In this document: positions 49,605 to 63,221 of the stretch, one piece after another
Numbering within the stretch: position 1 is the first letter of the stretch
Layout: every line of letters begins with the position of its first letter
Assembly: GCF_006345805.1 (NCBI RefSeq)
Contig: NC_043001.1
Location: 21,266,001 to 21,330,000 of the forward strand
Source of the DNA: Octopus sinensis
Taxonomy: Eukaryota
Length of the DNA stretch: 64,000 nucleotides
Direction: 5' to 3'
Made by a program: the position numbers and the translations under genes
The notes under the pieces: model-generated
Database searches by the model: none
Told to the model about the DNA's origin: nothing
The model's input: only the letters and a program-made list of their open reading frames with translations

Positions 49605-50835
49605 CACACACACGTACGTACTTACATACATACATACACACACACACACGTACGTGCGTACTTACATACATACATACATACATACACACACACGTACGTA
49701 CGTACTTACATACATACATACATACATACACACACACATATATACACACACACACACACATACGTACTTACACGCACATACACACACACACACACACATA
49801 CGTACTTACACGCACATACACACACACACATACGTACTTGCACGCACATACACACACACACATACGTACTTGCACACACACACACATACGTACTTGCACA
49901 CACGCACACATACGTACTTGCACACACGCACACATACGTACTTGCACACACGCACACATACGTACTTGCACACACGCACACATACGTACTTGCACACACG
50001 CACACATACGTACTTGCACACACGCACACATACGTACTTGCACACACGCACACATACGTACTTGCACACACGCACACATACGTACTTGCACACACGCACA
50101 CACACGTACTTGCACACACGCACACACACACACGTACTTGCACACACACACACATACGTACTTACACACACACACATACGTACTTACACACACACAAGTA
50201 TTTACACACACACACACGTACATACATACATACACACACACACGTACTTACATACATACACACAGAGAAGACCTGGGAACAATAGTGTCTAAGAGGTGGT
50301 TCCACATTCCTAAAACACTGAAAGCAGGGCCCCAGGGTCCCACTACCTGATGTAGTTTGCATGAATCCTGGCTCACACACACACGTACATACGTACGTAC
50401 ATACATACACGTACGTACGTACATACATACACGTACGTACGTACATACATACACGTACGTACGTACATACATACACGTACGTACGTACATACACGCATAC
50501 ACACACACATACGTACGTACGTACGTACACACACACACATACGTACGTACGTACACACACACGTACGTACACACACACGTACGTACACACACACGTACGT
50601 ACGTACACACACACACACACGTTCGTACACACACACACACGTTCGCACGTACACACACACATACGTACGTACACACACACATACGTACGTACACACACAC
50701 ATACGTACGTACACACACACATACGTACGTACACACACACATACGTACGTACACACACACATACGTACACACACACATACGTACACACACACATACGTAC
50801 ACACATACATACGTACACACATACACACACACACG
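49465..50835. repeat. Compound CA/TACG satellite including a 22-bp unit CACATACGTACTTGCACACACG
   Basis: About 11 near-identical 22-mers at 49860-50110; TACGTA-based block at 50375-50835. Confidence 0.9.
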
Positions 50836-53008
50836 TACATTATTTTAAATGGAAGGGATTAATTTAGAATTGTATGAAGAATACATGTTCATATTTTTAA
50901 AACTAAACAGACACAAATTACATGTACGAGAAAAAAAAAATGAAATCCAGAATACGCGCGCCTGCGTGTTTGTGTACGTACACACACGCGTTTCTTCGTA
51001 ATATATACTTTCTTCTCACACTCAGTCACGCGCGCAACCTCCACACTACCAGAAAGCAAGTTGTCTCGAATTTCTATCGCAGTCATCAATGCTTTTTCTC
51101 TTATTCAAGCTAATTTTGTTTTTAGCTTACGCCATACCCTCCAAAGCCTATCCTACATTATCTTACATCCTCTCTTAAATAAATACTACTTCACAAAATT
51201 ATTTTTATAGCATAAGCTTATTCCGTTTCTTTTCTTTTTTCAACGTTTTCGTGATCAGAAGTAAAATATGTTGATATGGTTTCGTATAATCGCGAGTACA
51301 TACCATATGACAATCCTACATTGTATAATTAAATTTAAGTAGTATATTTGTAATATTTCTACGACTTAGTCACACAGAAGGAAGGGCAGTGCCCATGAGC
51401 TTTCGGCAGGACCTCCGAAACGAGTGAGAGAGGACAAAACCGGAGATATGGTCCGAATGATTGCTACGGAGAGGGGCTCCACTTAAGACACCCACGGACC
51501 AAAAGTAGTGGTGTTGAACCGGGCAAAAGATTATGTCCGTAAATTTATTAAAATGGTTCTGTATCAACGTAAAAAGAATCGTTATATGGATCTAATGTAA
51601 TATGTTTGTGCTTGAAACAGAATCACTGAGAATGATGGAAATATTTTGTGAATGACACCAGGTCACCTAGTGTCGCTGTAATAATAGGGGAGTACCAAGA
51701 GTACATCCGTATGTTTGGTAATCGTAATCCAAACGTCTTCAAAACTTGAAATTTGTAGTGTAATCGTCTTTTGAAATTTAACACTTAAATGTATTGAAAT
51801 TTAACACTTCTAAATGGAAGAACTAGCTTATTATTGCTGAATAGAAAATATAATTATTACATTTGTGTTCATGTACCACACTTTGATTGATGGTATAATG
51901 GGAACACATGAACCTCATTAGATAATTCGTTAAAAAGGAAAAGAAAAACCAAATGAATTGAACATAGAATCTTACCGAAACCTCCAGAAATATATCAGCG
52001 AACATCGTGAGAAAGTATCAGAACTTTTCTACCACACTAGTACAATCCTACTGCGCAAATAAACTGTAATGACAAGACAATGTGACTTTCCTAAAACTCG
52101 AGGTTGTGCAAAAGCGATAAATGATTATAAGTATACTTATGGATGTTCATTGCCGGAAAAAGAGTTTTGATCGAGGTGTGGTATGTACAGATTGTTGCTA
52201 AAGAGAAGAGAAACAAAACGGACTCGACATTTTGTCTTGTAATATAAACATGATTTCCGTATATGAAGGAGTATCGGATATCCTTTTTCATGAGGTCACT
52301 TATATCATTATTCGAAATCACAGTGGACATTGTCTCGCCATTAAACATAGAAGCTAATGCTTTTCTCTCTCCTATTTTGTACGCGGAAATATTTAGAACG
52401 TTTGAATTAATACGATAATGATAAAGTGCATTTGGTTTAGGGTTTTATCACATTAAACTCAATTGGCATTCACTGTAACTAGAAACTGGAATGATGAATA
52501 ACATTATACTCTTCTCAGTGACATTGTACTAATAAATGAGTTGTAAGGAAATTGAACAAATGGCATGAAATATTTCATATGCAGTTATGTCCATCAGCTA
52601 AGCTATATATGAGATAACATTGGGGGAATAATGTAGTTAAGATAATCGGTGTAGAAAAGATACACGGATGGGTTGAAAGGCAACAGCAACATGTTGAAAG
52701 AGTATCAATATGGCCGTCCATCATAAAGTTACTTCAGAAACTATCTACTTTATTTCAAACCCGGAAGAAACGAGATGAATTCCGAAGAGAGAGACAAAAA
52801 TTCTTCTAATTTCCTATGTGCATAAAGGCTTTTTGTATGTATTAACCCTAAAAGCTTTGCCGAAAGGAAAAAGGTGGACAGCAGGGAATTAAAAGATATT
52901 GTTTACCAGGAATTTTGATTCGATTTAATCTTTGGTAAGCGCGGCGACATCTCTGAATTAATTTATTCAGTCATTACGTTAAGTTCTCATGCTAATTTCT
53001 TGTGCATG

Positions 53009-53090
<82 letters not shown>

Positions 53091-53860
53091 AGGTCACTAT
53101 TTGTGCTACTGGTAACATGTAACCCAGTAAAACCTGTCGCATGATCTGGCTGTTGGTGCCTAGACCTGCAGCCCTACCAAACCCTGCTTAGTAATGAGAG
53201 GAGTTTTAGTTGGACACAATACAGGATGAAAAACAAAGCCTGTCAAAAGGCAAATGAACTCAGTAGAGTTAATGGTCATACGAAAGCTGACACTCATTCT
53301 TGATGCGAAATTGTGTAGTTTATTTTTCTTACAGGTGCTGGCATGTGTTCAAACCCTTGCCAGGTTTGAACACAACTGGTATCTTCCATCACCAGCGGGG
53401 AGATGAATCGCAGCTATTTCTAGTGGTCGAGCGTCCATCATTGACAAGACCAAGGAAGGTCGAAATCACGTGATCTGGTGGTCTTGGTGCTGAGGATGGC
53501 GGAGATTTATCTCCTTGCTAGTGATATAAGTAAGACAGCATTTTGCACCAAAAGCAAATATGAGAGTTTCCTTCATGGTAACAACCGCAGTATAGTTTAT
53601 TCCAACAGAACATCCATGTTTAAGTGAGGATAAATATTACCTGTCGGTAATTAAGAAACGACTCAACTTGTTCTTTACTTATCATCCCCGAAATAATGAA
53701 AGGCATAGTTGGCTGGGCGGGATTTGACCCCAGAGCGCTAACGACTCTGATAAATCATCGCTTGAGAACCAGTAAGCGGGGTTCACATGATTTTGTTGCT
53801 AAGGTAGACGTGCAGTAAATTAGTTAAACTTCTGCTGCAGACAAAATATTTTAGCATTTT

Positions 53861-54199
53861 GGAGGCGGCGAGCTGGCAGAATCTTTAGCATGCTGGGCAA
53901 AATGCTTGAGCGGCATTTCACCTGCTTTTACATTCTGAGTTCAAATGCCGCCAGGGTCTACTTTTAATATAGGCGACGAGCTGGCAGAAACGTTAGCACG
54001 CCGGGCGAAATGCTTAGCGGTATTTCGTCTGCCGTTACGGTCTGAGTTCAAATTCTGCCGAGGTCGACTTTGCCTTTCATCCTTTCGGGGTCGATAAATT
54101 AAGTACCAGTTACGCACTGGGGTCGATATAATCGACTTCATCCGTTTGTCTGTCCTTGTTGGTCTTCTTTATGTTTAGCCCCTTGTGGGTAGTAAAGAA
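53861..54199 (+). mobile_element. SINE family B (extra partial head plus full unit)
   Basis: 18-bp TSD AAAATATTTTAGCATTTT at 53843-60 and 54200-17. Confidence 0.85.
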
Positions 54200-54239
54200 A
54201 AAATATTTTAGCATTTTCAAAAATACAATTCCTAATATT

Positions 54240-54640
54240 TACTCTTTACTCTTTTACTTGTTTCAATCATTTGACTGCGGCCATGCTGGAGCACCACCTT
54301 TAGTCGAGCAACTCGACACCGGGACTTATTCTTTTGTAAGCCCAGTACTTATTCTATCGGTCTCTTTTGCCGAACCGCTAAGTAACGGGGACATAAACAC
54401 ACCAGCATCGGTTGTCAAGCAATGCTAGGGGGACAAACACAGACACACAAACACACACACGAATATATATACATATATACGACGGGCTTCTTTCAATTTC
54501 CGTCTACCAAATCCACTCACAAGGCTTTGGTCGGCCCGAGGCTATAGTAGAAGACACTTGCCCAAGGTGCCACGCAGTGGGACTGAACCCGGAACCATGT
54601 GGTTGGTAAACAAGCTACCTACCACACAGCCACTCCTAAT
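54240..54640 (-). mobile_element. SINE family A, full length, CpGs retained
   Basis: Reverse complement of consensus. Confidence 0.9.
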
Positions 54641-55127
54641 TATAAAAGTATAACGGAATTTTTTTTTAACATCGAGTGGTTATAGGGGTTCAGTAGAGCC
54701 AAATATAAATCAAAAGGGTCCACAGGGAATAAACGGTTGAGAAACACTGGCTTAAACGAACGAAAGCCTTTTGATACATTCTCATTCTCTGCGAGCGTGT
54801 TTGGTTATTATAGAGAAGGAAGGAGTGTTCCTACATTACTACAATGTGTAATTCATTGCATATTAATATATTCGAAGGGAGGAGAAAAGGTTAACTTGAT
54901 TTTCGGCCTCATATGTTACAGACTACTCTATATATATATAAATGCTAGTGTGTTAATAATGAGCGGGTAGATAAATAGAGAGAGATAGACAGCACTGATT
55001 AGGTCGGCTCGGTAATAATATCTTTAGTGAGTTGTGGGTTAGATAAAGGGTGGTTGCTGCATTTTTGATGAGCTCGCGCTTAAAAGAGGCTGTCTTGTTT
55101 TAGATTAGCGATTCATGTGCGTGCGTG

Positions 55128-55361
55128 ATGGCGGCGAGCTGGCAGAAACTTTAGCACGCCGGGCGAAACGCTTAGCAGTATTTCGTCTGTCGCTACGTTC
55201 TGAGTTCAAATTCCGCCGAGGTCGACTTTGACTTTCAGCCTTTCGGGGTGGATAAATTAAGTACCAGTTACGTACTGGGGTCGATGTAATCGACTTAATA
55301 CCTATGTCTGTCCTTGTTTGTCCCCTGTATATTTAGCCCCCTGTGGGCAATAAACAAATAA
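55128..55361 (+). mobile_element. SINE family B monomer
   Basis: 18-bp TSD GATTCATGTGCGTGCGTG at 55110-27 and 55362-79. Confidence 0.9.
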
Positions 55362-55394
55362 GATTCATGTGCGTGCGTGTGTGATATTGAAGGT

Positions 55395-55700
55395 GTGAAG
55401 GCGAGTTGCTTATTGGTTAGGGTATTCGGCTCAAGATCGCAAGGTCATGAGTTCGATTCCCGTCAGCGCGTTCTGTCCTTGAGCAAGATACTATTTCACG
55501 ATGCACCAGTTCACTTAGCTGACAAAAACTGAATTGTACCTGTATTTCGAAGAGCCAGCCTCGTCACATTCTGTCACACTGAATCTCCCTAACAACCACG
55601 TTAAGAGTACGATGCAGTGCTCAGTCATTTGCACGTTAATTTCACGAGCAGTTGATTGGATCAACTGAAACGACGTCATAGCAACCGACGGAATGCCAGT
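55395..55700 (+). mobile_element. SINE family K (C-type head; tail shared with 47215-47550)
   Basis: B box GAGTTCGATTCCC; tail CACGTTAATT..GAGCAG shared with the element at 47215-47550. Confidence 0.55.
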
Positions 55701-55974
55701 TTAGTTATATTGTAGGTGAGGAAATGTGTGGATTGGTGAATATGGAACTGTCATTGGGTTAAATCTATATTTTCCCGGGGTTTCTTAAAACATTTTTTTT
55801 CTACTCTAGGCACAAGGCCCGAAATTTTGAGGGAGGGGGCCTCATGGCATAAAAGATGCACAGGCATATTAGATACATCCTAATTTCAGTAGATCATATT
55901 CAGAAAAAGAAAAGGTTTTTAATGCATTAGAGTATGAAATATTGTCCTGAGTTCGTATATAGGAGCAGGAAGAT

Positions 55975-56120
55975 TTTTTCTTTTTGAGACCTTTTTATTT
56001 TTTGAGACCTTTTTATTTTTTGAGACCTTTTTATTTTTTGAGACCTTTTTTTTTTTGAGACCTTTTTTTTTTTTGAGACCTTTTTTTTTTTGAGACCTTT
56101 TTTTTTTTTTGAGACCTTTT
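55975..56120. repeat. ~19-20 bp tandem repeat GAGACC(T)n, about 8 copies
   Basis: Direct reading. Confidence 0.9.
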
Positions 56121-56734
56121 TTTTTTCTCGAAAGAATTGCGTTTTATACAGGGTAGGCCAACAGAAAGAAACAATTATACTGGTGTACAAAACGTTAGTT
56201 ATTATTTGTATTAGTTTTACATACTCGTATAGTAGAGTAGCTTTAAAATCTTTCAAGTGCTTAGGGCCTCTATAGGTTTTAATCCTGGAATTAAGGTCTC
56301 AGAGACTGAGAGTAGGATTAGACATTATAAGCTACCCGTTTACGTTAGATGAAAACTAGGAGGAAGTCATATCCCTGCATACCCTCTCTATTTCCATCAC
56401 TGACAGAATGGCAATATAATCCCCTACACGGTTACTCCTGAGGGTTCCACTCATGGACTTAGTCTGTACGTCACAACTTCGCGGTGACCTGGCAGTATCA
56501 GTGGGGTCAGTATAAGAATTGGAATTCAGACGGGGGGGGGGGGGGCGAGGAGAATGGCGCTAGGGGTAGCTAAGTGAAGGACATTAACTCTGGTGGTGAG
56601 ATTCGGGTGGGGTGCAGGAGGCGATGCAGGTAGGATAGCTGTAACGGGAGTGGTGGGGGTGAATAAGGAGAGGTGGGGGAAGGTTAGTGATGGAGGTAAA
56701 TTACATTCCTAATTATTGTAATCAAAGCATAGTT

Positions 56735-56930
56735 ATTAACTTGGTAACATCATCAGTACCCAATGCGAATAGAGCAGGACCAAGTGGATCACTGTTGGAT
56801 TCCAGAGGCAGATGGGATGAGGTGGTCACCAAAGGAGAGGCAGGAGGGCTCCCGATATGCTTGCCAAGTAAAGTGATAAAGTGGTGGGAAATTCTTCCTT
56901 ACTACGCAGAGACTACGTGTGTCGAATGTT
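56735..56930 (-). pseudogene. CRE-clade-like non-LTR reverse transcriptase remnant
   Basis: Minus translation VRKNFPPLYHFTWQAYREPSCLSFGDHLIPSASGIQQ[frameshift]DPLGPALFAL. Confidence 0.7.
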
Positions 56931-57514
56931 AATAGAAGAGGAAAAGATTCACAGTAAAAACTCGAGACAGATTATTTTTGACTCAATGAATACGTTCTCT
57001 TTCATGAGGTCCTGGAAAGAAAAAAACACCCCAAAACTTAGCTCGTACATATATCTGTGTGTACTGCTATTATTTGGTGTAGCTTTTGTCTATTATTTTC
57101 CCCCCTACGTAGCTCTGCCCGTTTGGATCATCCGTTGAACATGCTGAGGTCATTCGAAGTCCAACTCAGTGATTTTATTTTTGTTATGGCCTCTCCGCAA
57201 TCTTTCACGCACAATAAAGTTGCTTTTTTTTGACTGAGTTAAACAAAAGCGTTTTGAGATAGGAAAATAAAATTACCTCATTGTAAAAATATTTTATTTA
57301 CTAGTATAAAGGTGATAATGATGCTTATTTTTAGTTGCGATATAGCTCTCTTAAATTTCTTAATGTGTCAAACTCCTGTGTTATCTAACCTTTTGTACTT
57401 TTCTTAAAACAAAGACATTTATAAACAACCTGTTGTTTCTTGATTCACATCCAACTGGGTGGACTTTCCTGTCGTAAACGATGAGTATTCTGCAATTCGT
57501 TTATTGTGATCAAA

Positions 57515-57554
<40 letters not shown>

Positions 57555-57613
57555 TATGTATGTATGTATATATATATATATATATATATATACATACATA
57601 TATATATATATAT

Positions 57614-57912
57614 ATCACGTGATCGACCAGGCCATCAGATGTTGCTACACATCGCTGGTCACAATGCGCTTCGCATTGTTTTAGCCTTCAATGACGCCAC
57701 CCCGCTGACTAAGCGAGCAGGCCAACAGAAGAAAGAGTGAGAGTAAGTTGTGGTGAAAGAGTACAGCAGGGATCACAGCCACCCCCTGCCGGAGCCTCGT
57801 GGAGCTTTAGATGTTTTTGCTCAATAAACACTCACAACGCCCGGTTTGGGAATCGAAACTGCTACCCTACGACCGCGAGTCCGCTGCCCTAAACACTGGG
57901 CAATTGGGCCTC
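57614..57912 (-). mobile_element. SINE family E
   Basis: Reverse complement of 32311-32604; ends ATCACGTGAT next to (TA)n. Confidence 0.9.
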
Positions 57913-58651
57913 ACACACACACATACACGCACACACACACAGACAAATATACATACATACACATACATACATACACACATACACACACACATACATATAC
58001 TAGCTGAGGTATTCGGTAATAAATTACCGTTAAAAAGAGGTCTGTTTATAGCGATGAAACATCATTCAAAAATTTAAAATCTATATTATTGGGTAGGACC
58101 AATTTGACGAAAAAAATTAGCAGTCTGCCAACGAACCCGCGTCATCATCATTTTTGTGCATATGCGTAAAATGGCGAAATTTTACGCTTTGGGGCAGATT
58201 TCGTCAAATTAATGTTATGACGGCTAGTGTGCAAAATGCCTAAATTTTGCTTGAGAAATAAAATGCTCTTACTTAATCAAAACCAGAAACGCTGTGGAAT
58301 TAAAACAACGAATTGAAATAAGTTTTAGCAAATCAAAACAATTCGCATTGAAATGAAGAATTAGCAAATGCTAAATAGATTACTGTTAATAAACTGTCTG
58401 TTTATACCCATGAAACGTTTTTGATGCCATGATGGCTAGTGCGAAAAATACCGAAATTTTCACGATTTTTGAAAAATCGATGCTGATTAAGAATCGATTT
58501 TTAAAAAATTCCAAGTGCGTAAGTGATCGCATGGGCATAAGCCCCCCCCCACACACACGTGTCAAGTTTCATCATTGTCTGTTGGATAGTCTCGGAGAAG
58601 TTAAAGTAACAAATTCACAAACACACAAACTTGCCATTTATTATATATATA

Positions 58652-58930
58652 GATTAACCAGGCTATCAAATGTTGCTATACATCGCTGGTCACAATGCGC
58701 TTCGCATTGTTATAGCCTTCAAATGACGCCACCCCGCTGGCTAAGCGAGCAGGCCAACAGAAGAAAGAGTGAGAGAAAGTTGTGACGAAAGAGTACAGCA
58801 GGGATCGCCACCACACCCTGCCGGAGCCTCGTGGAGCTTTAGATGTTTTCGCTCAATAAACACTCACAACGCCCAGTCTGGGAATCGAAACCGCGATACT
58901 ACGACCGCGAGTCCGCTGCCCTAACCACTT

Positions 58931-58933
<3 letters not shown>
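58652..58933 (-). mobile_element. SINE family E, abutting a Helitron-like 5' end at about 58650
   Basis: Homologous to 57614-57912; head fragment also at 59815-59872. Confidence 0.85.
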
Positions 58934-58972
<39 letters not shown>

Positions 58973-59149
58973 TTGGATTTGGAACAATTTGTTACAAAAG
59001 GCTTGCTGCAGCGATGGAAGATGTTGAGCAGTCTTTAAATCCAAAGGTCCTTAAAATGTCAGATTTTGCAGAATTTTAATATTTTGATAATGTTTATAGA
59101 TTCAATGGAAACTTGATTCAACAGATTCAGAACGTGTGAGCAGTGACGA

Positions 59150-60520
59150 TGGTGATCGTGCTGTGACAGAAACCGAAAGGCAAGTAACCAAACTTCACTT
59201 TAGTAAAGAATTGTTAAACTTTTCTCTTGAAGAGACGTCTTTCATTACCGCGCAACAGATTCGGAGAACCCATATCGCAGACATGAACCATCTCAACCAC
59301 AGCTTAGAAAATTTCCACACTCATTGGCTTCGTTCGAAGTTTCAATCCAATGTTTAATAAATTACATCCATAGGTAAAGTACAGCATCTCAGAAAATATA
59401 ATATATTGTTTTTGTGGCCGACATTTTCTGAACCAATCAAAAACAGTATATGAGAAGCTATTCACTAAGACAGGCTTTTACGATCGGAAGTATGCCGGTG
59501 GACAAAAAGCCGTTTTGGCAGTTCACAAGGGTCCTAATTTCATGTCACAGTCACTACTGTATGGATGTTCTACCATAACTTTGAGAAAGGAATATGTCTG
59601 TGCTATCCATGATCAACGAAGTTCGTACTAGGCAGATTTGTGAAAATAGGAACCATTACTCCGTTTTATCCTGTCATACGATTAAGCAGCACAATAACAG
59701 ATCTTCCAATCGGTACATGAACATGGTGGGTAAAGATAGTTTGCAAGAAATAATGGGTTTGATATCATGACATAGCCCTATCGTCAGGAAGCAGATAATG
59801 GAGGGCCCTAGAATGCCACGATCCTATGACCGCGAGTCCGCTGCCCTAACCACTGGGCCATTGCGCCTCCACGAATTCCTATGTAACTGTATTGAGAATC
59901 TTGACGTCGAGTGAAACAAATACGTAGGACGACGAAGGTATGTGACAATCAATAAATCAGCAATCAATTAATCGGTTCTTATTGAGGAGAAACAGCTGAT
60001 TGGAAGAAGCCAAATCAATTGAAACAAATTGCTACAGATTGAATATTTAGTTTTCAGTAAAGTCGCTGGAAGCTTACCAACAGGAATGGAGATTCTGCCT
60101 GTATTTTCCCGTTTTGGATTGGACTTGTTCAGAGTTCCAACGTCGCTTTTCGGCAAAACAGTGTAATATAAGGAAGAGCCTTTTCGTTCTTAATCCCCCA
60201 AGTGACTCATTTTTTAACATTGATGATTTCACATGTGTGAGACATACCAACGGAACTTGGTCAGCCTGAAGACAGTGTCATAGTGAAAACGTCTGATCGA
60301 GTGCAAGTCAAGCTGTTGAATCCCCTAATTGAGTTATCTGGCTTCTTACATCAATACAGAGCTGTTTTCTTCGAACTGTTATTCACACAACCTCAAATTG
60401 TTGCAATACCGCCTGTAAGTAGTGAGGCAGCGAGCATTTTTTTCAAGCTACAGATGATCATGATCAACCTGCAGAATTCCATTCCGTTGTTCATATCAAA
60501 CATTCTTGTATTAGTTATTT
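59150..60520 (+). pseudogene. Highly decayed hAT-type transposase remnant
   Basis: TTF zinc-finger-like ...HWLRSKF...VKYSISENIIYCFCGRHF...FTKTGF; dimerisation-like VAIPPVSSEAASIFFKLQMI..NLQNSI. Confidence 0.45.
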
Positions 60521-60948
60521 TTCTACTCGCGATACCATTTGCCCATTCCGTCTGAAACATCAGAATCCAAATGCTTTCGTCTGTTCCAGAACTAACTAGA
60601 GATTCTTCCCGTGGTCTCACCCCAATCTGCAAGCAACTGCTTTCCTTTCCTTTCTTGGTACTCAGAGTTGCAAGCGTCTACTTTCATTGAAAAGTGCCGG
60701 GGAATTCCTGCAGCCAACATTAAGTGGAAATAGCTAGGCCAACTACCTATTTTCCCCACTCAGTGACCAGGTACTTGGTGGTTGCGAGGAGACCTCGGAG
60801 TTGCTCTCTGTCGTCTCCTCGCAACCATCTTCCTCAAGAGATTATCAATTCAGTCAAAATGATCCTCTTCACTTCGTAAGGTTATATAACAATGTCAGGC
60901 CTCCAGAATGTTTGAACGACCTGGGAAAGTATAGACTTTTCTCCCACG

Positions 60949-60990
<42 letters not shown>

Positions 60991-61528
60991 TTGATATATA
61001 TGTAAATGCAGTGAAAAATCTACGTGGACACGTTTAAGGATTAGTAAACAAGATAATATACGTTGTTATGTAAAATGTGTTTACTACAGAAAGACTCTCT
61101 ATCGAATCAGGTTTATCTAAATGTGAGGCAATATATAATGGCTGTGAAGATGTTTGTTTATCCGTAACTGGGCGAATGCGTGTGTGTTGTGACAGGTAGC
61201 AAACCAGTCACGGGAGTTGGCTTTTAGCCATCGTAAAGATAATGGTGAAGGCCTTGTCTCGTCGTGTTGAAGAGTCATATAACCCTAGGCCAAATTGGCT
61301 TAGTGTTATAATATCCTCTCCCTTGTGGTTGTGTCAGCAGGAAGACAGAACGCCAATTGCTAGAATGTATTTTGATTTTTACCTATGTTTATAGTGTAGA
61401 GTTAAGTTGTTTTTAATGAAACAGAAATCAGAAAAGATAAAATAGAACTTTCTAAAGCAGGTTTTTTTCTTTTGTCTCTAACGTAAATGAAAAGTGATTA
61501 ACAAGGTTGAAAGAATAAGACACAGGAA

Positions 61529-61628
61529 NNNNNNNNNNNNNNNNNNNNNNNNNNNNNNNNNNNNNNNNNNNNNNNNNNNNNNNNNNNNNNNNNNNNNNNN
61601 NNNNNNNNNNNNNNNNNNNNNNNNNNNN
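61529..61628. other. Assembly gap (100 N)
   Basis: Run of N. Confidence 1.
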
Positions 61629-62227
61629 AGCTTGCGCTACAGCAATCTGTGGTTGGTCCTTCATTAGTGGAAACAATTCTGCTATATTTGTGGCGACAAT
61701 GATTCCTGTCGACTATCAGTTGTCTGTCTTATGGCAAGAATGGGGACAGAACAGGCAGCTGCTTCATCATTCTGCAATTTGCCTTAGTCGCCTGGCAAGT
61801 ATGAAGGAGCTTATTCCTTAACCGTCTTCCAACATTCTGCCATTAATTACTGCCAAGAAAAACGACCTTATATGGATTGAAGAAAAATTCTAGAAGATTG
61901 AATCACGCGATGGCTTGACGCTGATTAGTTGCTTAATAGACCGATCACGTGAAACTACTGTAGTTTGCTCGTGATATCTGACGCGTATCCAGTGATTCGC
62001 TTTCGAATCTCCGCTACAACAGTTTAGCAATAACTGAAAGCAGTAGCATAGCTAGGTTGGGGGCGATCAAGCAGTCCTCCTCGGAAGACACTTTTATATA
62101 TAGGAGCGGCATGTTTGGGTCTGCTGTATAAGGGAGTTTTGTTGCGGATGAAGCGGGAAATCCAAGGGCTGCCCCGGACGGCACACACTCTAGCTACACC
62201 ACTAACTGAAACATACTTTTCCTGTAT

Positions 62228-62408
62228 AGGCGTAGGAGTGGCTATGTGGTAGCTTGCTTACGAACCAATGGTTCCGGGTTCAGTCCCACTGCGTGCCACC
62301 TTGGGCAAGTGTCTTCTAGTATAGCCTCGGGCCGACCAAAGCCTTGTGAGAGGATTTGTAGACGGAAACTGAAAGAAGTCCGCCGTATATATGTATGTAG
62401 TATGTATT

Positions 62409-62466
<58 letters not shown>

Positions 62467-62722
62467 GGTGTGTGTCTGTGTGTGTGTGTGTGTGTGTTCA
62501 TGTATATGCTTGTGTGTCTGTGTTTGTCCCACCCAACATCGCTTGACAACCGATGGTAGTTTACGTTACTCCCCGTAACTTAGCGGTTCGGCAAAAGAGA
62601 CCGATAGAATAAGTTCTAGGCTTACAAAGAATAAGTCCTGGGGTCGATTTGCTCGACTAAAGGCGGAGCTCCAGCATGGCCGCAGACAAATGACTGAAAC
62701 AAGTAAAATAGAGTAAAAGAGA
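62228..62722 (+). mobile_element. SINE family A, full length
   Basis: Matches consensus; long internal TA/TG tract. Confidence 0.9.
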
Positions 62723-62861
62723 GATTGCAGCTAATTAGCAAAAAACCTTCCTGAATGTTCCAGGGTTTTTATATGGATTCTCCACTAAATAGGCTCCCCA
62801 TATAGTTGTCCCTGCATATTCAAATTAGTAGGCCGATCATGTTTTTGATGTTACAGTGATT

Positions 62862-63221
62862 TCTTTACTACCCACAAGGGGCTAAACACAGAGAAGACAA
62901 ACAAGGACAGAACAACGGATTAAGTCGATTACATCGACCCCAGTGCGTAACTGGTACTTAATTTATCGACCCCGAAAGGATGAAAGGAAAAGTCGACCTC
63001 GCGGAATTTGAACTCAGAACGTAACGGCAGACGAAATACCTATTTCTATTTCTTTACTACCCACAAGGGGCTAAACACAGAGGGGACAAACAAGGACAGA
63101 CCAACGGATTAAGTCGATTACATCGACCCCAGTGCGTAACTGGTACTTAATTTATCGACCCCGAAAGGATGAAAGGTACAGTCGACCTCGGCGGAATTTG
63201 AACTCAGAACGTATATATTTA
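62862..63221 (-). mobile_element. 5'-truncated SINE family B dimer
   Basis: Junction GCAGACGAAATAC/CTATTTC near 63040; 16-bp TSD TGATGTTACAGTGATT at 62846-61 and 63222-37. Confidence 0.85.

Noticed and set aside
60260-60300. CTGAAGA...GAAAACGTC hammerhead-like string
   Set aside because: Stem II does not pair and the stem I register is off; at best a decayed relic.
61452-61676. ORF spanning X residues
   Set aside because: Artefact of the 100-N assembly gap.
6725-62320. tRNA genes
   Set aside because: A/B-box sequences are SINE heads continuing into repeat bodies; no full cloverleaf seen.
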